Sequence record: NZ_CP024426.1
Length of the DNA stretch: 64,000 bases
Reading direction: 5' to 3' (one strand)
Origin: a plasmid
The notes under the pieces are model-generated. The model saw nothing but the letters and a program-made list of their open reading frames with translations. It did no database searches and had not been told where the DNA came from. The position numbers were made by a program, and so were the translations under genes. This document shows, one piece after another, positions 27,217 to 38,398 of this stretch (its first letter is position 1; the number at the start of each line of letters is the position of its first letter).

Positions 27217-29145
27217 CTACCATCGGGCCTGCAATCCGGCATAGGCGGTGCGGCCCTGCGTGGCATAGCCCCAGACCTCGGAGTAATCGCGGTCGAACAG
27301 GTTCACCACCCGGCCCGTCAGGCGGATGTTGTCGGTCAGGTCATAGCCGGCGGCAAGGTTCACCACGGTAAAGGACGGCATCTCGCGCGTCTGGTCGTTC
27401 CAGAACTGCGTGTCGAAATTGCCCGAGACATGGCGCAGGTCGGCGGTCAGCGATCCGCGCCCGTCCAGCACGGCCAGCGTGGCCGACAGGCCCAGTTCGT
27501 GCCGGGGCCGACGGATCTCGACCGCGCCATCGGGGTCCTTGGCGTCGAGGTAGGTATAGTTCAGCGCCAGGTCCAGGTTCCGGGTGGCATTGACGCGGGC
27601 GGCCAGTTCGACGCCTTCGCGCGGGCTTTCGCCGGGCTGGTTGACATAGGTGCCGCGCCAGTCCGGCGCCGTGCCGCCGACATAGGTGATCTCGTCCTCG
27701 AGCGTTTCGCGGAAATAGGTCAGATCGACGCTGCCGCGCCCGTCCGGCAGGGACAGTTCGACCCCCAGGTCGAAGCCGCGGTTCTTTTCGGGCCGCAGAT
27801 AGGGATTGCCCCGCGTATAGCCGTCATCGGCGTAAAGCTCGTAATAGGACGGGTTGACCAGCCCGGTCCCGGCCGAGGCGTGCAGCCGGAAGGGCCGGTC
27901 CGGCACCTGCCAGGACAGCGCCAGGGTCCAGCTGGTGAAATCGTCGAAGACGCGGTTGTCGTCGTGGCGAACGCCGGCCTGCAGGTTCAGTCCGTTGTCC
28001 AGGAAGCCGCGATATTCCAGCGCCAGCGAGGTCATCTCACGGCGATAATCCGGCGCGGCGGTGGAGCTGTCCTCCTGCCGCTCGGCCAGCAGGCCCAGGA
28101 TATGGGCCGCATCCTCGACCGGCCGGCCATCCAGTCCCAGGCTGCCCCGGTACTTCAGCTTGCGCGTCTTGCCGGTGGTCCAGCCGCCGCCTTCGTTGTT
28201 CTGCTTGAAGACCGAGTCCTGATAGTCCAGCCGATGGGTCAGCCGGCCGTCCAGGCTGGCGAATTCGGCCCATAGCGCGCCCTGGCGCTCGTCGCGCTTG
28301 CCAAACAGCGCGGGGTCGTCGTTCACATAGCCTTCGGGGCCGGTGACGGGGTTGCCCCCGGCATCGACATAGCCGCCGGTCAGAAAGTCGTAGGTGGCCA
28401 GCGCGTCGCTGTCGTACCGCTCCCACGACCGACGCAGGGTGGCGCCCAGGCGCAGCGCGTCGGTCGCCTGGACCCAACCCGAAAGGCCCAGCGTCTTGCG
28501 ATGGATGCCGTCCTTTTCGCCGCCGTCGCCCGACAGGTCGAAACCGTGGTCGTCGCGCGCCGACAGGTTCAGCGCCAGGCCGCCCCGCTCGCCGTTGCGG
28601 CTGACATGGGCCGAGGCGGCCGCGCCGTTGCCAAGCTCGACCCCGCCGCCGTAATGCAGGCCCGGCTCGCCCCCGCGGGTGATGATGTTGATGACCCCGG
28701 CCGAGGCGTTCGAGCCGTAATAGACCGACTGCGGGCCGCGCAGCACCTCGATGCGGTCGATGTTGGCGGTTTCCAGCCCGGTCAGGACGTATTCGTCGCC
28801 GCCGCCCGCCACTTCGATCCCGTCGATCAGGATCAGGCTGTGGCTGGCCTCGGCCCCGCGGATGCGGACCTGGGTGAAGCTTGTCCCCGCGCTCGAGACC
28901 GAGACGCCGGGCACGGCGCGCAGCGCGTCCTGGACGGTCGCGATGCCGCGGGCCTCGATCTCGGCGGCGGTCAGCACGGTCGCCGCGCGGCCATAGGCGT
29001 CGGCGGCCTGGGGCGCAAAGCCGGCCGACAGGATCACGGGGTCCAGCGTCACCGCGTCCTGCGCGGAACCGGCGGCGGGCAGCAGGGCGGCGGCCGACAG
29101 GGTGGCCAGCGCGATCAGCGGGGTTCGTTTGGGGTGCATGTCCAA
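27217..29145 (-). CDS. TonB-dependent outer-membrane receptor (BtuB-like, cobalamin)
   Basis: Signal peptide, TonB box DPVILSA, plug domain motifs, C-terminal aromatic residue (…LQARW). Downstream of a cobalamin riboswitch. Confidence 0.85.
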   Translation of the reverse strand: MDMHPKRTPLIALATLSAAALLPAAGSAQDAVTLDPVILSAGFAPQAADAYGRAATVLTAAEIEARGIATVQDALRAVPGVSVSSAGTSFTQVRIRGAEASHSLILIDGIEVAGGGDEYVLTGLETANIDRIEVLRGPQSVYYGSNASAGVINIITRGGEPGLHYGGGVELGNGAAASAHVSRNGERGGLALNLSARDDHGFDLSGDGGEKDGIHRKTLGLSGWVQATDALRLGATLRRSWERYDSDALATYDFLTGGYVDAGGNPVTGPEGYVNDDPALFGKRDERQGALWAEFASLDGRLTHRLDYQDSVFKQNNEGGGWTTGKTRKLKYRGSLGLDGRPVEDAAHILGLLAERQEDSSTAAPDYRREMTSLALEYRGFLDNGLNLQAGVRHDDNRVFDDFTSWTLALSWQVPDRPFRLHASAGTGLVNPSYYELYADDGYTRGNPYLRPEKNRGFDLGVELSLPDGRGSVDLTYFRETLEDEITYVGGTAPDWRGTYVNQPGESPREGVELAARVNATRNLDLALNYTYLDAKDPDGAVEIRRPRHELGLSATLAVLDGRGSLTADLRHVSGNFDTQFWNDQTREMPSFTVVNLAAGYDLTDNIRLTGRVVNLFDRDYSEVWGYATQGRTAYAGLQARW

Positions 29146-29284
29146 GGGCCTTCCGGGTGGCAGGCAGGGCCTGCCGGTTGCAGAAATGTCCTGGAACCGG
29201 GGACAGGCGGGCCCCCGCAGGACGGCTCCTCACCTCTGCGGATAGGCCGCTATCCGGGCGCGCCCCGCGGCCCGAAATGGGTGA

Positions 29285-29460
29285 TCGCCTTGGCAGGTCT
29301 CCTGGCTTGCGGATCATCGCTCGGGCCGGCCTTCCCGGGACGGATCCCAGTGGCGTCGTCGGCCGTCGCTCTCCGCCCACAGTTGCGGGGGCAGCCCCGG
29401 ATTGGCCGCAGGCGGCCCGCCGGGTTCCCTTTTCATCCGGCCTTGCGGGCCGGAACCAAA
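29285..29460 (-). promoter_or_regulatory. Cobalamin (AdoCbl) riboswitch in the 5' leader of the TonB receptor operon
   Basis: Minus-strand RNA contains AAAAGGGAACCCGG, GCTGCCCCCGCAACTGT, the B12 box GCCACTG, GGGAAGGC and AAGCCAGGAGACCTGCC. These are all hallmark cobalamin riboswitch blocks in the correct order. Confidence 0.8.
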
Positions 29461-29556
29461 GCGCGCACCTGTTCGCGCAACTGCCCCCGGCCTGTCAAGC
29501 GCCAAGCGCAAGCCCGGGGCGGGCGGTTGCGGGACCGGGGCGAAAAGGCCCCGGTG

Positions 29557-29847
29557 TCAGGGCTGGCGGGACAGCCGCTCGACCGCCTCGGCGGTGCGGC
29601 GGGTGTTGTTGTAGATGCCCAGGCCCAGATAGACCATGCCGCCCATCAGCAGCAGATAGATCGCGCCCATGATCCAGGCCAGAAGCCCCTGCAGGACGCC
29701 CCCCGTCGGGGACAGCATCACCGCGATGCCCCCGGCGAAGACGCCGATCGCGCCCAGGACGATCACCACATTGATGATCCGTTCCATCCACAAAATGAAG
29801 AAGTCGCGCATGATCGCCCCCATGCCGTTGCCGGCCGATGCTGGCAC
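29557..29847 (-). CDS. Small two-TM membrane protein (DUF4282-like)
   Basis: Hydrophobic 96-aa ORF (IINVVIVLGAIGVFAGGIAVM...). Start codon uncertain (alternatives at 29823 and 29811). Confidence 0.4.
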   Translation of the reverse strand: MPASAGNGMGAIMRDFFILWMERIINVVIVLGAIGVFAGGIAVMLSPTGGVLQGLLAWIMGAIYLLLMGGMVYLGLGIYNNTRRTAEAVERLSRQP

Positions 29848-29999
29848 GACCTTCGGCGGCGCGCAACCGCAGGATGCAGCCCCGGGCCGCCGTGCCCTGT
29901 CCCTTCACCGTTATGATGCATGGCATTCCTGGTCGAACTCCTGAATGGTGTGGTTCGGCGGCCAGGATGGCGCCGGACGCAAAGAAGGGGGAAACGGCC

Positions 30000-30770
30000 A
30001 TGTGGGAACAGATCAGGATCGGCGATCTCGACGGCAAGCGGGTGCTGGTGACGGGCGGCTCGACCGGGATCGGGGCGGCGGTGGCGGCGGCGCTGGCTGC
30101 GCAGGGCGCCCGCGTCGCGGTCCATTACAACGAAAGCGGCACGGCCGCGCAGGCGGTTCAGGCCCAGGCGCCCGGGCGCATCGTGCTGGTGCAGGGCGAC
30201 ATGGGCAGCGGCGGCACCGCGCAGCGCGTGGTCGATGAGGCGGCGGAGGCCCTGGGCGGGCTGGACGGGCTGATCAACAACGCGGGCGGCATGTTGGGCC
30301 GGGTGCCCACCACCGAAGCCACGCCCGAGCATTTCGACCGCGTGCTGGACCTGAACGCCAAGTCCGTCTGGCAGGCGACCGCGGCCGCCCACCCGCATCT
30401 GAAGGCGGCGGGTGGCGGCTTCGTCATCAACACGACCTCGGTCGCGGCGCGCAACGGCGGCGGAGGCGGCGCGGTGCTTTACGCCGCTGCCAAGGGCTTC
30501 GTCAGCACGCTGACGCGCGGCCAGGCCAAGGAATTCGTGGCCGACGGCATCCGGGTCAACGCCGTGGCGCCCGGCCTGATCCAGACCCCGTTCCACGACC
30601 GCTATACCTCGCCGCAGGCGATGGCCGCGCAGCGCGCCACCATCCCGATGGGCCGCGAAGGCACGGCCGAGGAATGCGTCGGCGCCTTCCTGTTCCTCGC
30701 CTCGGGGATCCTGTCGGGCTATGTCACCGGCCAGGTGATCGAGGTGAACGGCGGCCAATTGATGCCGTAA
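30000..30770 (+). CDS. Short-chain dehydrogenase/reductase (SDR) family oxidoreductase
   Basis: TGGSTGIGAA cofactor motif, YAAAK catalytic motif, AAGAAGGGGGA SD. Internal ATG of ORF 29838-30770. Confidence 0.8.
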   Translation: MWEQIRIGDLDGKRVLVTGGSTGIGAAVAAALAAQGARVAVHYNESGTAAQAVQAQAPGRIVLVQGDMGSGGTAQRVVDEAAEALGGLDGLINNAGGMLGRVPTTEATPEHFDRVLDLNAKSVWQATAAAHPHLKAAGGGFVINTTSVAARNGGGGGAVLYAAAKGFVSTLTRGQAKEFVADGIRVNAVAPGLIQTPFHDRYTSPQAMAAQRATIPMGREGTAEECVGAFLFLASGILSGYVTGQVIEVNGGQLMP

Positions 30771-30837
30771 GCCCACGGCGGCGCGCGCGTTTCATCCTGC
30801 CGCGTCGCGCCGCATGCGGGGAAACCGCCGTCCGCCT

Positions 30838-31878
30838 TCACGCCCCCGCCGCTGCCGCTGCCGGGGCGTGGCCGCGCCGGTATTCGGCGGGGCTTTGTCC
30901 CGACCAGCGGCGAAAGGCGCGGCTGAAGCTCGTTTCGTCGCGATAGCCCGCCAGATGGGCGATGCGCTTGATGGGCAGCGTCCCACGCACCAGCAGGCCC
31001 GCCGCCCGTTCAAGCCGGGCCCGGGTTTTCAGCGCGGCAAGCGACGTGCCTTCGTCGCGCAGGTGCCGCTGCAGGCTGCGCAGCGATATGCCCAGGGACG
31101 CCGCGATGGTCTCGGCGTCGGGCTGGGCGGCAGGGGGTGCCGACGCCAGCAGCGCCGTGATCCGGTGCGACAGCAGCCGGTCCTGGCGATAGACGCGCGC
31201 CATCAGCGGGATCGGCTGGCGCAGCAGCGTGCGCAGGTCGCGGTCGTCGCGCACGACGGGCAGCTCCAGATAGGCCGCATCCATGACCAGCCCCGCCGTA
31301 TCCGCGCCAAAGCGCACAGGCCCGGGAAACATCCGGCGCAGCGCCTCGGCCCAGGGCGGTGCGTCGAAGGGGAAATGCGCCTCGCGCAGGGGAATGCGGC
31401 TGTCGGCCAGCCAGCAGCCAACGCCGTGCAGGTTGCGCAGCAGGCTGACCAGGCAGAACCGTCGCAGGGGTCCCGGCGCGCGCGCCTCGGCCACGCGGAC
31501 CCGGGCGGCATCGCTGTCGCGGGCAAGGGTCAGGCGGACGTCCTCGGTCAGCAGGTTGTGGTGCCGGCACCAGCGCCCCAGCGCCACCCCCAGATCGGGC
31601 GACGGCAGCGACGCGCGCAGCACCATCCCGTAGCTGCCCCAAGGCAGGCGGCGCGAAAACCAGCCGAGCGCCTCGTCGTCGAGTTCGCGCATGGCGTGGG
31701 CGGACAGCGCCTCGAACCGCTCGAGCGCGACCAGCCCCTGCGGATCGGCCAGATCGACCGGGCCCAGCCCCGCCGCCGCCAGCGCAGGTCCCGCGTCCAT
31801 GCCCCGGTCCGCATAGGCGCGCAGGATCGCCTGGACAAAGGCGACCGGGGTCTGGCGGCGCGACAGCGACTTGCGCAT
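30838..31878 (-). CDS. AraC-family transcriptional regulator (divergent from the liu operon)
   Basis: C-terminal AraC HTH (…IAHLAGYRDETSFSRAFRRWSGQSPAEYR). The upstream extension of ORF 30838-33591 is an antisense shadow of ivd. Confidence 0.8.
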   Translation of the reverse strand: MRKSLSRRQTPVAFVQAILRAYADRGMDAGPALAAAGLGPVDLADPQGLVALERFEALSAHAMRELDDEALGWFSRRLPWGSYGMVLRASLPSPDLGVALGRWCRHHNLLTEDVRLTLARDSDAARVRVAEARAPGPLRRFCLVSLLRNLHGVGCWLADSRIPLREAHFPFDAPPWAEALRRMFPGPVRFGADTAGLVMDAAYLELPVVRDDRDLRTLLRQPIPLMARVYRQDRLLSHRITALLASAPPAAQPDAETIAASLGISLRSLQRHLRDEGTSLAALKTRARLERAAGLLVRGTLPIKRIAHLAGYRDETSFSRAFRRWSGQSPAEYRRGHAPAAAAAGA

Positions 31879-32049
31879 GAACGGGTCCTTTCGTGGCGCA
31901 TCCTGCACAGGATCTGGCGCCGAATGCAATCCGGCCGCCGCTAAGCTGCCCGTGGGGAGAGAGAGGGACAGCACGGCCGCCTTTGGCGGTCTGCCGGCCC
32001 ATCCCCGCAAGGCACAGGCAGGACCCGCCCGGCGGATGGAGGAAAGAAC

Positions 32050-33213
32050 ATGTTCAACGCGGTGATGAATTTCGGTCTGGGCGCGGACATCGAGGCGCTG
32101 CGCGACACGGTGCGCCGCTTTGCCGCGGCCGAGATCGCGCCCCGCGCCGCCCGGATCGACGCCGAGAACGAGTTCCCGCAGGACCTGTGGCGCAAGCTGG
32201 GCGACCTGGGCCTGCTGGGCATCACCGTGCCCGAGGAGGACGGCGGCGCCGGCATGGGCTATCTCGCGCATTGCATCGCGATCGAGGAGATCAGCCGCGC
32301 CTCGGCCTCGGTGGGGCTGTCCTATGGCGCGCATTCGAACCTGTGCGTGAACCAGATGCGGCGCTGGGGCACGGCGGACCAGAAGGCGCGCTACCTGCCC
32401 GGGCTGATCTCGGGTGCGCAGGTCGGCGCGCTGGCCATGTCCGAGCCCGGCGCGGGGTCCGACGTGGTCGGCATGAAGCTGCGCGCGACCCGCGACGGCG
32501 ACACCTATGTGCTGAACGGCAACAAGATGTGGATCACCAACGGCCCCGACGCCAGCACCCTGATCGTCTATGCCAAGACCGACCCCGAGGCCGGGCCGCG
32601 CGGCATCACCGCCTTCATCGTCGAACGCGGGATGGCAGGCTTTTCGACGGCGCAAAAGCTGGACAAGCTGGGGATGCGGGGCTCGAACACCTGCGAGCTG
32701 GTGTTCCAGGACTGCCGCGTCCCGGCGGAAAACGTGCTGGGTCAGGTCGGCCAGGGCGTCAAGGTGCTGATGTCGGGGCTGGATTACGAACGCGTCGTGC
32801 TGGCCGCCGGCCCGCTGGGCATCATGGCGGCCGCGCTGGATATCGTCGTGCCCTATGTCCACCAGCGCGAACAGTTTGGCCAGCCCATCGGCAGCTTCCA
32901 GTTGATGCAGGGCAAGATCGCGGACATGTATACCACGATGAACGCCTGCCGGGCCTATGTCTATGCCGTGGCCGCCGCCTGCGACCGGGGCGAGACCACG
33001 CGCCAGGACAGCGCCGGCTGCATCCTCTATGCCGCCGAAAAGGCGACGCAGGTGGCGCTGGAGGCGATCCAGTGCCTGGGCGGCAACGGCTATATCAACG
33101 AGTTCGCCACCGGCCGGCTGCTGCGCGACGCCAAGCTTTACGAGATCGGCGCCGGCACCTCGGAAATCCGGCGGATGCTGATCGGCCGCGAAATCTTTGC
33201 GCAGACGGCCTGA
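32050..33213 (+). CDS. ivd: Isovaleryl-CoA dehydrogenase
   Basis: Acyl-CoA dehydrogenase motifs with high similarity to IVD/LiuA across the full length. Confidence 0.9.
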   Translation: MFNAVMNFGLGADIEALRDTVRRFAAAEIAPRAARIDAENEFPQDLWRKLGDLGLLGITVPEEDGGAGMGYLAHCIAIEEISRASASVGLSYGAHSNLCVNQMRRWGTADQKARYLPGLISGAQVGALAMSEPGAGSDVVGMKLRATRDGDTYVLNGNKMWITNGPDASTLIVYAKTDPEAGPRGITAFIVERGMAGFSTAQKLDKLGMRGSNTCELVFQDCRVPAENVLGQVGQGVKVLMSGLDYERVVLAAGPLGIMAAALDIVVPYVHQREQFGQPIGSFQLMQGKIADMYTTMNACRAYVYAVAAACDRGETTRQDSAGCILYAAEKATQVALEAIQCLGGNGYINEFATGRLLRDAKLYEIGAGTSEIRRMLIGREIFAQTA

Positions 33214-33216
33214 GCC

Positions 33217-34824
33217 ATGGCCCGCATCGCCAGCCAGATCGCCCCCGGATCGCCCGAATTCGCCGCCAATGCGGCCCGGATGCAGGCGCTGATCGCCGAA
33301 ACCGCGGCGCTTGCCGAACAGACCATGCGGGGCGGCGACGCAAAGTCGCGCGACCGCCATGTCGCGCGCGGCAAGCTGCTGCCCCGGGACCGGGTGGCGC
33401 GGCTGCTGGACCCGGGCAGCCCCTTTCTGGAAATCGGCCTGTTCGCCGCGCATGGTGTCTATGACAGCGCCATTCCGGCTGCGGGCGTGGTCGCGGGCAT
33501 CGGAAGGGTGTCGGGGCGGGACTGCATGATCCTGTCGAACGACGCCACCGTCAAGGGCGGCACCTATTACCCGCTGACGGTCAAGAAGCACCTGCGCGCG
33601 CAGGAGATCGCCCAGGAAAACCGCCTGCCCTGCATCTATCTGGTGGATTCGGGCGGCGCCAACCTACCCAACCAGGACGAGGTCTTTCCCGACCGCGACC
33701 ATTTCGGCCGCATCTTCTACAACCAGGCCAGGATGAGCGCGCAGGGCATCGCCCAGATCGCCGTCGTCATGGGCTCCTGCACCGCCGGCGGCGCCTATGT
33801 CCCGGCGATGAGCGACCAGACCATCATCGTGCGCGATCAGGGCACGATCTTTCTGGCCGGCCCGCCGCTGGTCAAGGCCGCCACCGGCGAGGTGGTCGAT
33901 GCCGAGACGCTGGGCGGCGGCGACACCCACACCCGGCTGTCCGGCGTCGCCGACTACCTGGCCGAGGACGACGCCCATGCCATCGCCCTGGCCCGGCAGG
34001 CGGTGGCGAACCTCGGCCCCGCGCCCACGCCGTCCATCCCGCTGCGGGCGTCCGTCGCCCCGGTGCTGGACCCCGCCCAGATCCCCGGCGTCATCCCCGT
34101 CGACGCCAAGACCCCCTATGACATCCGCGAGATCATCGGCCGCATCGTCGACGGCTCGGATTTCGAGGAGTTCAAGGAGCGTTTCGGCACCACGCTGGTC
34201 TGCGGCTTTGCCCATGTCGACGGCATCCCCATAGGCATCATCGCCAACAACGGCGTGCTGTTTTCCGAAAGCGCCCAAAAGGGCGCGCATTTCATCGAAC
34301 TTTGCTGCCAGCGGAAAATCCCGCTGCTGTTCTTGCAAAACATCACCGGCTTCATGGTCGGCCAGAAATACGAGGCCGGCGGGATCGCCCGCGACGGCGC
34401 GAAGCTGGTGCAGGCGGTCTCTACCGCAGCGGTGCCCAAGGTGACGGTGATCGTCGGCGGCTCGTTCGGGGCCGGGAACTATGGCATGTGCGGGCGCGCC
34501 TTCGGCCCGCGCTTTCTGTGGATGTGGCCCAACGCCCGCATCGCCGTCATGGGGGGCGAGCAGGCCGCCGGGGTGCTGGCCACCGTGCGCCGCGCCGCCG
34601 TCGAGGCACGCGGCGGCAGCGTCTCGGACGCCGAGGAAGCGGCGCTGAAGCAGCCCGTCCTGGACCAGTTCGAAACGCAGTCGCATCCGCTTTATGCCTC
34701 GGCCCGGCTGTGGGACGACGGCATCATCGACCCGCGCACGACCCGCGACGTGGTGGCGCTGTCCCTGCGCGCCTGCCTGAACGCGCCGGTCGAGGACACG
34801 CGCTTTGGCGTCTTTCGCATGTAA
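33217..34824 (+). CDS. mccB: Methylcrotonyl-CoA carboxylase beta subunit (carboxyltransferase)
   Basis: Carboxyltransferase family, 535 aa, directly after ivd. Confidence 0.9.
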   Translation: MARIASQIAPGSPEFAANAARMQALIAETAALAEQTMRGGDAKSRDRHVARGKLLPRDRVARLLDPGSPFLEIGLFAAHGVYDSAIPAAGVVAGIGRVSGRDCMILSNDATVKGGTYYPLTVKKHLRAQEIAQENRLPCIYLVDSGGANLPNQDEVFPDRDHFGRIFYNQARMSAQGIAQIAVVMGSCTAGGAYVPAMSDQTIIVRDQGTIFLAGPPLVKAATGEVVDAETLGGGDTHTRLSGVADYLAEDDAHAIALARQAVANLGPAPTPSIPLRASVAPVLDPAQIPGVIPVDAKTPYDIREIIGRIVDGSDFEEFKERFGTTLVCGFAHVDGIPIGIIANNGVLFSESAQKGAHFIELCCQRKIPLLFLQNITGFMVGQKYEAGGIARDGAKLVQAVSTAAVPKVTVIVGGSFGAGNYGMCGRAFGPRFLWMWPNARIAVMGGEQAAGVLATVRRAAVEARGGSVSDAEEAALKQPVLDQFETQSHPLYASARLWDDGIIDPRTTRDVVALSLRACLNAPVEDTRFGVFRM

Positions 34825-34834
34825 GGGGGCAGGC

Positions 34835-36787
34835 ATGTTCACGAAAATCCTGATCGCCAACCGGGGCGAAATCGCCTGCCGCGTCATCGACACCGCCCGC
34901 CGCATGGGCATCGCCACGGTCGCGGTCTATTCCGATGCCGACGCCGATGCCCGCCACCGCGACCTGGCGGACGAGGCGGTCTACATCGGCCCCGCCCCCG
35001 CCGCCGACAGCTATCTGCGCGGCGATCGCATCATCGCGGCGGCCCTGGAAACCGGGGCGCAGGCGATCCATCCGGGCTATGGCTTCCTGTCGGAAAATCC
35101 GGGCTTCGTGCAGGCCGTGCAGGACGCGGGGCTGGTCTTCATCGGCCCTTCGGCCGCCTCGATCCGGGCCATGGGGCTCAAGGACGCGGCCAAGGCGCTG
35201 ATGGAGGCCGCCGGCGTCCCGGTCGTGCCGGGCTATCACGGCGAAAACCAGGACGCGGCCTTCCTGGCCGAGCAGGCGGCGCGCATCGGCTATCCGGTCC
35301 TCATCAAGGCCCGCGCCGGCGGCGGTGGCAAGGGGATGCGGCGGGTCGCCGACCCCGCCGATTTCGCCGCCGCCCTGGAAGGCGCGCAGCGCGAGGGACA
35401 GTCCAGTTTCGGCGACCCCGCCGTGCTGATCGAGAAATACATCACCACCCCCCGCCACATCGAAGTGCAGGTCTTTGGCGACAGCCACGGCACCATCGTC
35501 CACCTCTATGAACGCGACTGTTCGCTGCAGCGCCGCCATCAGAAGGTGATCGAGGAGGCCCCCGCCCCCGACATGCCGCCCGAGGTCCGCACCGCGATGA
35601 CCCAGGCCGCCGTCCAGGCCGCCCGTGCGGTGGATTACCGGAACGCCGGCACCGTCGAGTTCATCGCCGACGGCTCGGGCCCGCTGCGCGCCGACGGGTT
35701 CTGGTTCATGGAGATGAACACCCGGCTTCAGGTCGAACATCCCGTGACCGAGGCGATCACCGGCCTCGACCTGGTCGAATGGCAGCTGCGCGTGGCCGCG
35801 GGCGAACCTCTGCCCCTGACGCAGGACCGGATCGGGCTGACCGGCCACGCCTTCGAGGCCCGGATCTATGCCGAAGACCCCGCCCGCGACTTCCTGCCCG
35901 CGCCGGGGCCGCTGGTGCACGTGGCCTTCCCCGAAGGCGCGCGCATCGACACCGGCGTGCGCGGCGGCGACCGGATCAGCCCGCATTACGACCCGATGAT
36001 CGCCAAGCTGACCACCCATGCCGCGACGCGGCAGCAGGCGCTGTCGGCGCTGCACCGCGCGCTTGGGCAGACCCATATCGCGGGCACGGCGACGAACCTG
36101 GGCTTTCTGCAGGCGCTGTGCCGCGACCCCGATTTCGCCGCAGGGCGCATGGACACCGGGCTGATCGGCCGCAAGCAGGAGGCGCTGACCCATGTGCCGG
36201 ACCCCGACGACGCGGCCTTCCTGTTCGCGGCGCTGGCGGCGCTGAATCTGGACCCCGCGGCACCGCAGGCCGGGCTCCGGCTGTGGGGGCCGGCCAGCCT
36301 GCATGTCGACCTTGCCCACGGCAAGGAGCGGATCGCCCGCGATCTGCACCTGCTGGGCCCGGGCCATGTCGCGGTGGGCGACAGCGCCTTCACCGCCGTT
36401 GCCCTGGGCGCGGACGGCACCGCCCGCGCGCGCCGGAACGGGCGCAACCTGACGGCGCGCGTGGCGCGGCGGGGCGACGCCGTCTCGGTCCTGCTGGACG
36501 GGCGGATCACCGATTTCGCGCGGATCGACCCGCTGGCCGTGGAACGCGCGAGCGGCGCGGGCGACGGCCGGATCGCCGCGCCGATGACCGGGCTCGTGCG
36601 CGCGGTTCCCGCCATGGCCGGCGCCCGGGTCGCGCCGGGCGACATCCTGGTGGTGATCGAGGCGATGAAGATGGAACACAGCCTGCGCGCCGCGGGCGCC
36701 GGCACCGTCCAGGCCATCCATTGCGCGGTCGGCGACACCGTGGCCGACGGTGCGCTGCTGGTGGAGCTGGAGCCCGCCGATGCCTGA
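34835..36787 (+). CDS. mccA: Methylcrotonyl-CoA carboxylase alpha subunit (biotin carboxylase + BCCP)
   Basis: Biotin carboxylase N-terminus (KILIANRGEIACRV). C-terminal biotinyl motif EAMKMEH. Confidence 0.9.
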   Translation: MFTKILIANRGEIACRVIDTARRMGIATVAVYSDADADARHRDLADEAVYIGPAPAADSYLRGDRIIAAALETGAQAIHPGYGFLSENPGFVQAVQDAGLVFIGPSAASIRAMGLKDAAKALMEAAGVPVVPGYHGENQDAAFLAEQAARIGYPVLIKARAGGGGKGMRRVADPADFAAALEGAQREGQSSFGDPAVLIEKYITTPRHIEVQVFGDSHGTIVHLYERDCSLQRRHQKVIEEAPAPDMPPEVRTAMTQAAVQAARAVDYRNAGTVEFIADGSGPLRADGFWFMEMNTRLQVEHPVTEAITGLDLVEWQLRVAAGEPLPLTQDRIGLTGHAFEARIYAEDPARDFLPAPGPLVHVAFPEGARIDTGVRGGDRISPHYDPMIAKLTTHAATRQQALSALHRALGQTHIAGTATNLGFLQALCRDPDFAAGRMDTGLIGRKQEALTHVPDPDDAAFLFAALAALNLDPAAPQAGLRLWGPASLHVDLAHGKERIARDLHLLGPGHVAVGDSAFTAVALGADGTARARRNGRNLTARVARRGDAVSVLLDGRITDFARIDPLAVERASGAGDGRIAAPMTGLVRAVPAMAGARVAPGDILVVIEAMKMEHSLRAAGAGTVQAIHCAVGDTVADGALLVELEPADA

Positions 36788-37640
36788 GCCGGTCACGATA
36801 TACGAGGTCGGCCCCCGCGACGGCCTGCAGAACGAACCGGGTTTCGTTGCCACCGAAACCAAGGTCGCGCTGATCGACCTGCTTTCGGACACCGGGCTGA
36901 CCCGGATCGAGGCCGCCAGCTTCGTGTCCCCGAGATGGGTGCCGCAGATGGCCGACGCGGCCGAGGTGATGGCCGCCATCCACCGCCGCCCCGGCATCCG
37001 CTATGCCGCCCTGACCCCGAACATGCAGGGGTTTCAGGCGGCGCAGGCGGCCCGCGCGGACGAGGTCGCGATCTTCGCCTCGGCCTCGGAAGGGTTCAGC
37101 CGGCGCAACATCAACTGCTCGATCGCCGAAAGCCTTGCGCGCTTCGAGCCCGTGGCGCAGGCGGCGCGAGCGGCGGGCATTCCCCTGCGCGGCTATGTGT
37201 CCTGCGTGGTGGAATGTCCCTATGACGGCGCGGTCGCGCCCGAGGCGGTGCGCCGCGTGACCCAGGCGCTGCTGGACATGGGCTGCTATCAGGTTTCGCT
37301 GGGCGATACCATCGGGCGGGCCGGGCCCGACGACATCGACCGGCTGCTGGCCCACCTGGACGCGGCCATCGACCCGGTGCGGCTGGCCGGGCATTTCCAC
37401 GACACCGGCGGCCGCGCGCTTGAAAACGTCGCCGTGGCGCTGGACCACGGGCTGCGCACCTTCGACAGCGCCATCGGCGGGCTTGGCGGCTGCCCCTATG
37501 CACCGGGCGCGCGGGGCAATGTCTCGACCCTGCCCCTGGCGCGGATGCTGGCGGACGCCGGCTGGGACGCGGGGCTGGACCTTGGCCTGCTGGCGCGGGC
37601 CGAGGCGTTCATGGCCACCCTCAAGGCGGAAAGCGCATGA
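36780..37640 (+). CDS. hmgL: Hydroxymethylglutaryl-CoA lyase
   Basis: TIM-barrel HMGL-like (EVGPRDGLQNE…). Start overlaps the mccA stop. Confidence 0.85.
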   Translation: MPEPVTIYEVGPRDGLQNEPGFVATETKVALIDLLSDTGLTRIEAASFVSPRWVPQMADAAEVMAAIHRRPGIRYAALTPNMQGFQAAQAARADEVAIFASASEGFSRRNINCSIAESLARFEPVAQAARAAGIPLRGYVSCVVECPYDGAVAPEAVRRVTQALLDMGCYQVSLGDTIGRAGPDDIDRLLAHLDAAIDPVRLAGHFHDTGGRALENVAVALDHGLRTFDSAIGGLGGCPYAPGARGNVSTLPLARMLADAGWDAGLDLGLLARAEAFMATLKAESA

Positions 37641-38398
37641 TGCGGACCATCCTGATCCAGCGCGATGCACAGGGCATCGCCACCCTGACCCTGAACCGCC
37701 CGGACAAGCATCACGCGATGGATGCCCGGATGATCGGCGAACTGACCGAGGCGGCGGCCCTGCTGGGCGAGGACGCCGATGTGCGCGCGGTGGTGCTGGC
37801 CTCGACCGGGCCGACGTTCTGCGCCGGGGGCGACCTGGAATGGATGCGAGCCCAGCAGGCGGCCGACCGCGCCGGCAAGATGGCCGAGGCGGGGCGGCTG
37901 TCGGCGATGCTGGCGGCGCTGAACGCGCTGCCGAAACCGCTGATCGCGCGGGTCCAGGGCCATGCCTATGGCGGTGGGCTGGGGCTGATCGCGGTCAGCG
38001 ACATCGCCATCGCGGCGACCGGCGTGCGGCTGGCGCTGACCGAGACGCGGCTGGGCCTGATCCCCGCGACCATCGGCCCCTTCGTCGTCGCCCGCATGGG
38101 CCAGGGCATGGCGCGGCAGGTGTTCTTTACCGGCCAGGCCTTCGGCACCGATTTCGCCCTGCGCGCAGGGCTGATCCACGACGCCTGCCTGCCGGAGGCG
38201 CTGGAGGAGCGCGTCGCGGCCACGGCGGCGGCCGTGCTGAAGACGGCACCGGGGGCGGTGGCGCGGGCCAAGGCGCTGTGCCTGCGGCTGGGACGCGATC
38301 AGGCGGACGACATCGCTGCCTCGATCACCGCGCTGGCCGATTGCTGGGAAAGCCCCGAGGCGCAGGACCGCATCCGCGCCTTTCTGGGGCAGCGATGA
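37637..38398 (+). CDS. Enoyl-CoA hydratase family (methylglutaconyl-CoA hydratase, LiuC-like)
   Basis: Crotonase fold motifs (FCAGGDL, GHAYGGGLGL). ATGA overlap with hmgL. Confidence 0.8.
   Translation: MMRTILIQRDAQGIATLTLNRPDKHHAMDARMIGELTEAAALLGEDADVRAVVLASTGPTFCAGGDLEWMRAQQAADRAGKMAEAGRLSAMLAALNALPKPLIARVQGHAYGGGLGLIAVSDIAIAATGVRLALTETRLGLIPATIGPFVVARMGQGMARQVFFTGQAFGTDFALRAGLIHDACLPEALEERVAATAAAVLKTAPGAVARAKALCLRLGRDQADDIAASITALADCWESPEAQDRIRAFLGQR

Noticed and set aside
29531-29552. Inverted repeat CCGGGGCgaaaagGCCCCGG read as a terminator for the small membrane protein gene
   Set aside because: No U-tract on either strand. Kept only as a possible structural element, not called as a feature.
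30838-33591. 917-aa minus ORF suggesting a giant AraC fusion protein
   Set aside because: Only the last ~346 aa are AraC-like. The remainder is the antisense frame of the isovaleryl-CoA dehydrogenase gene.
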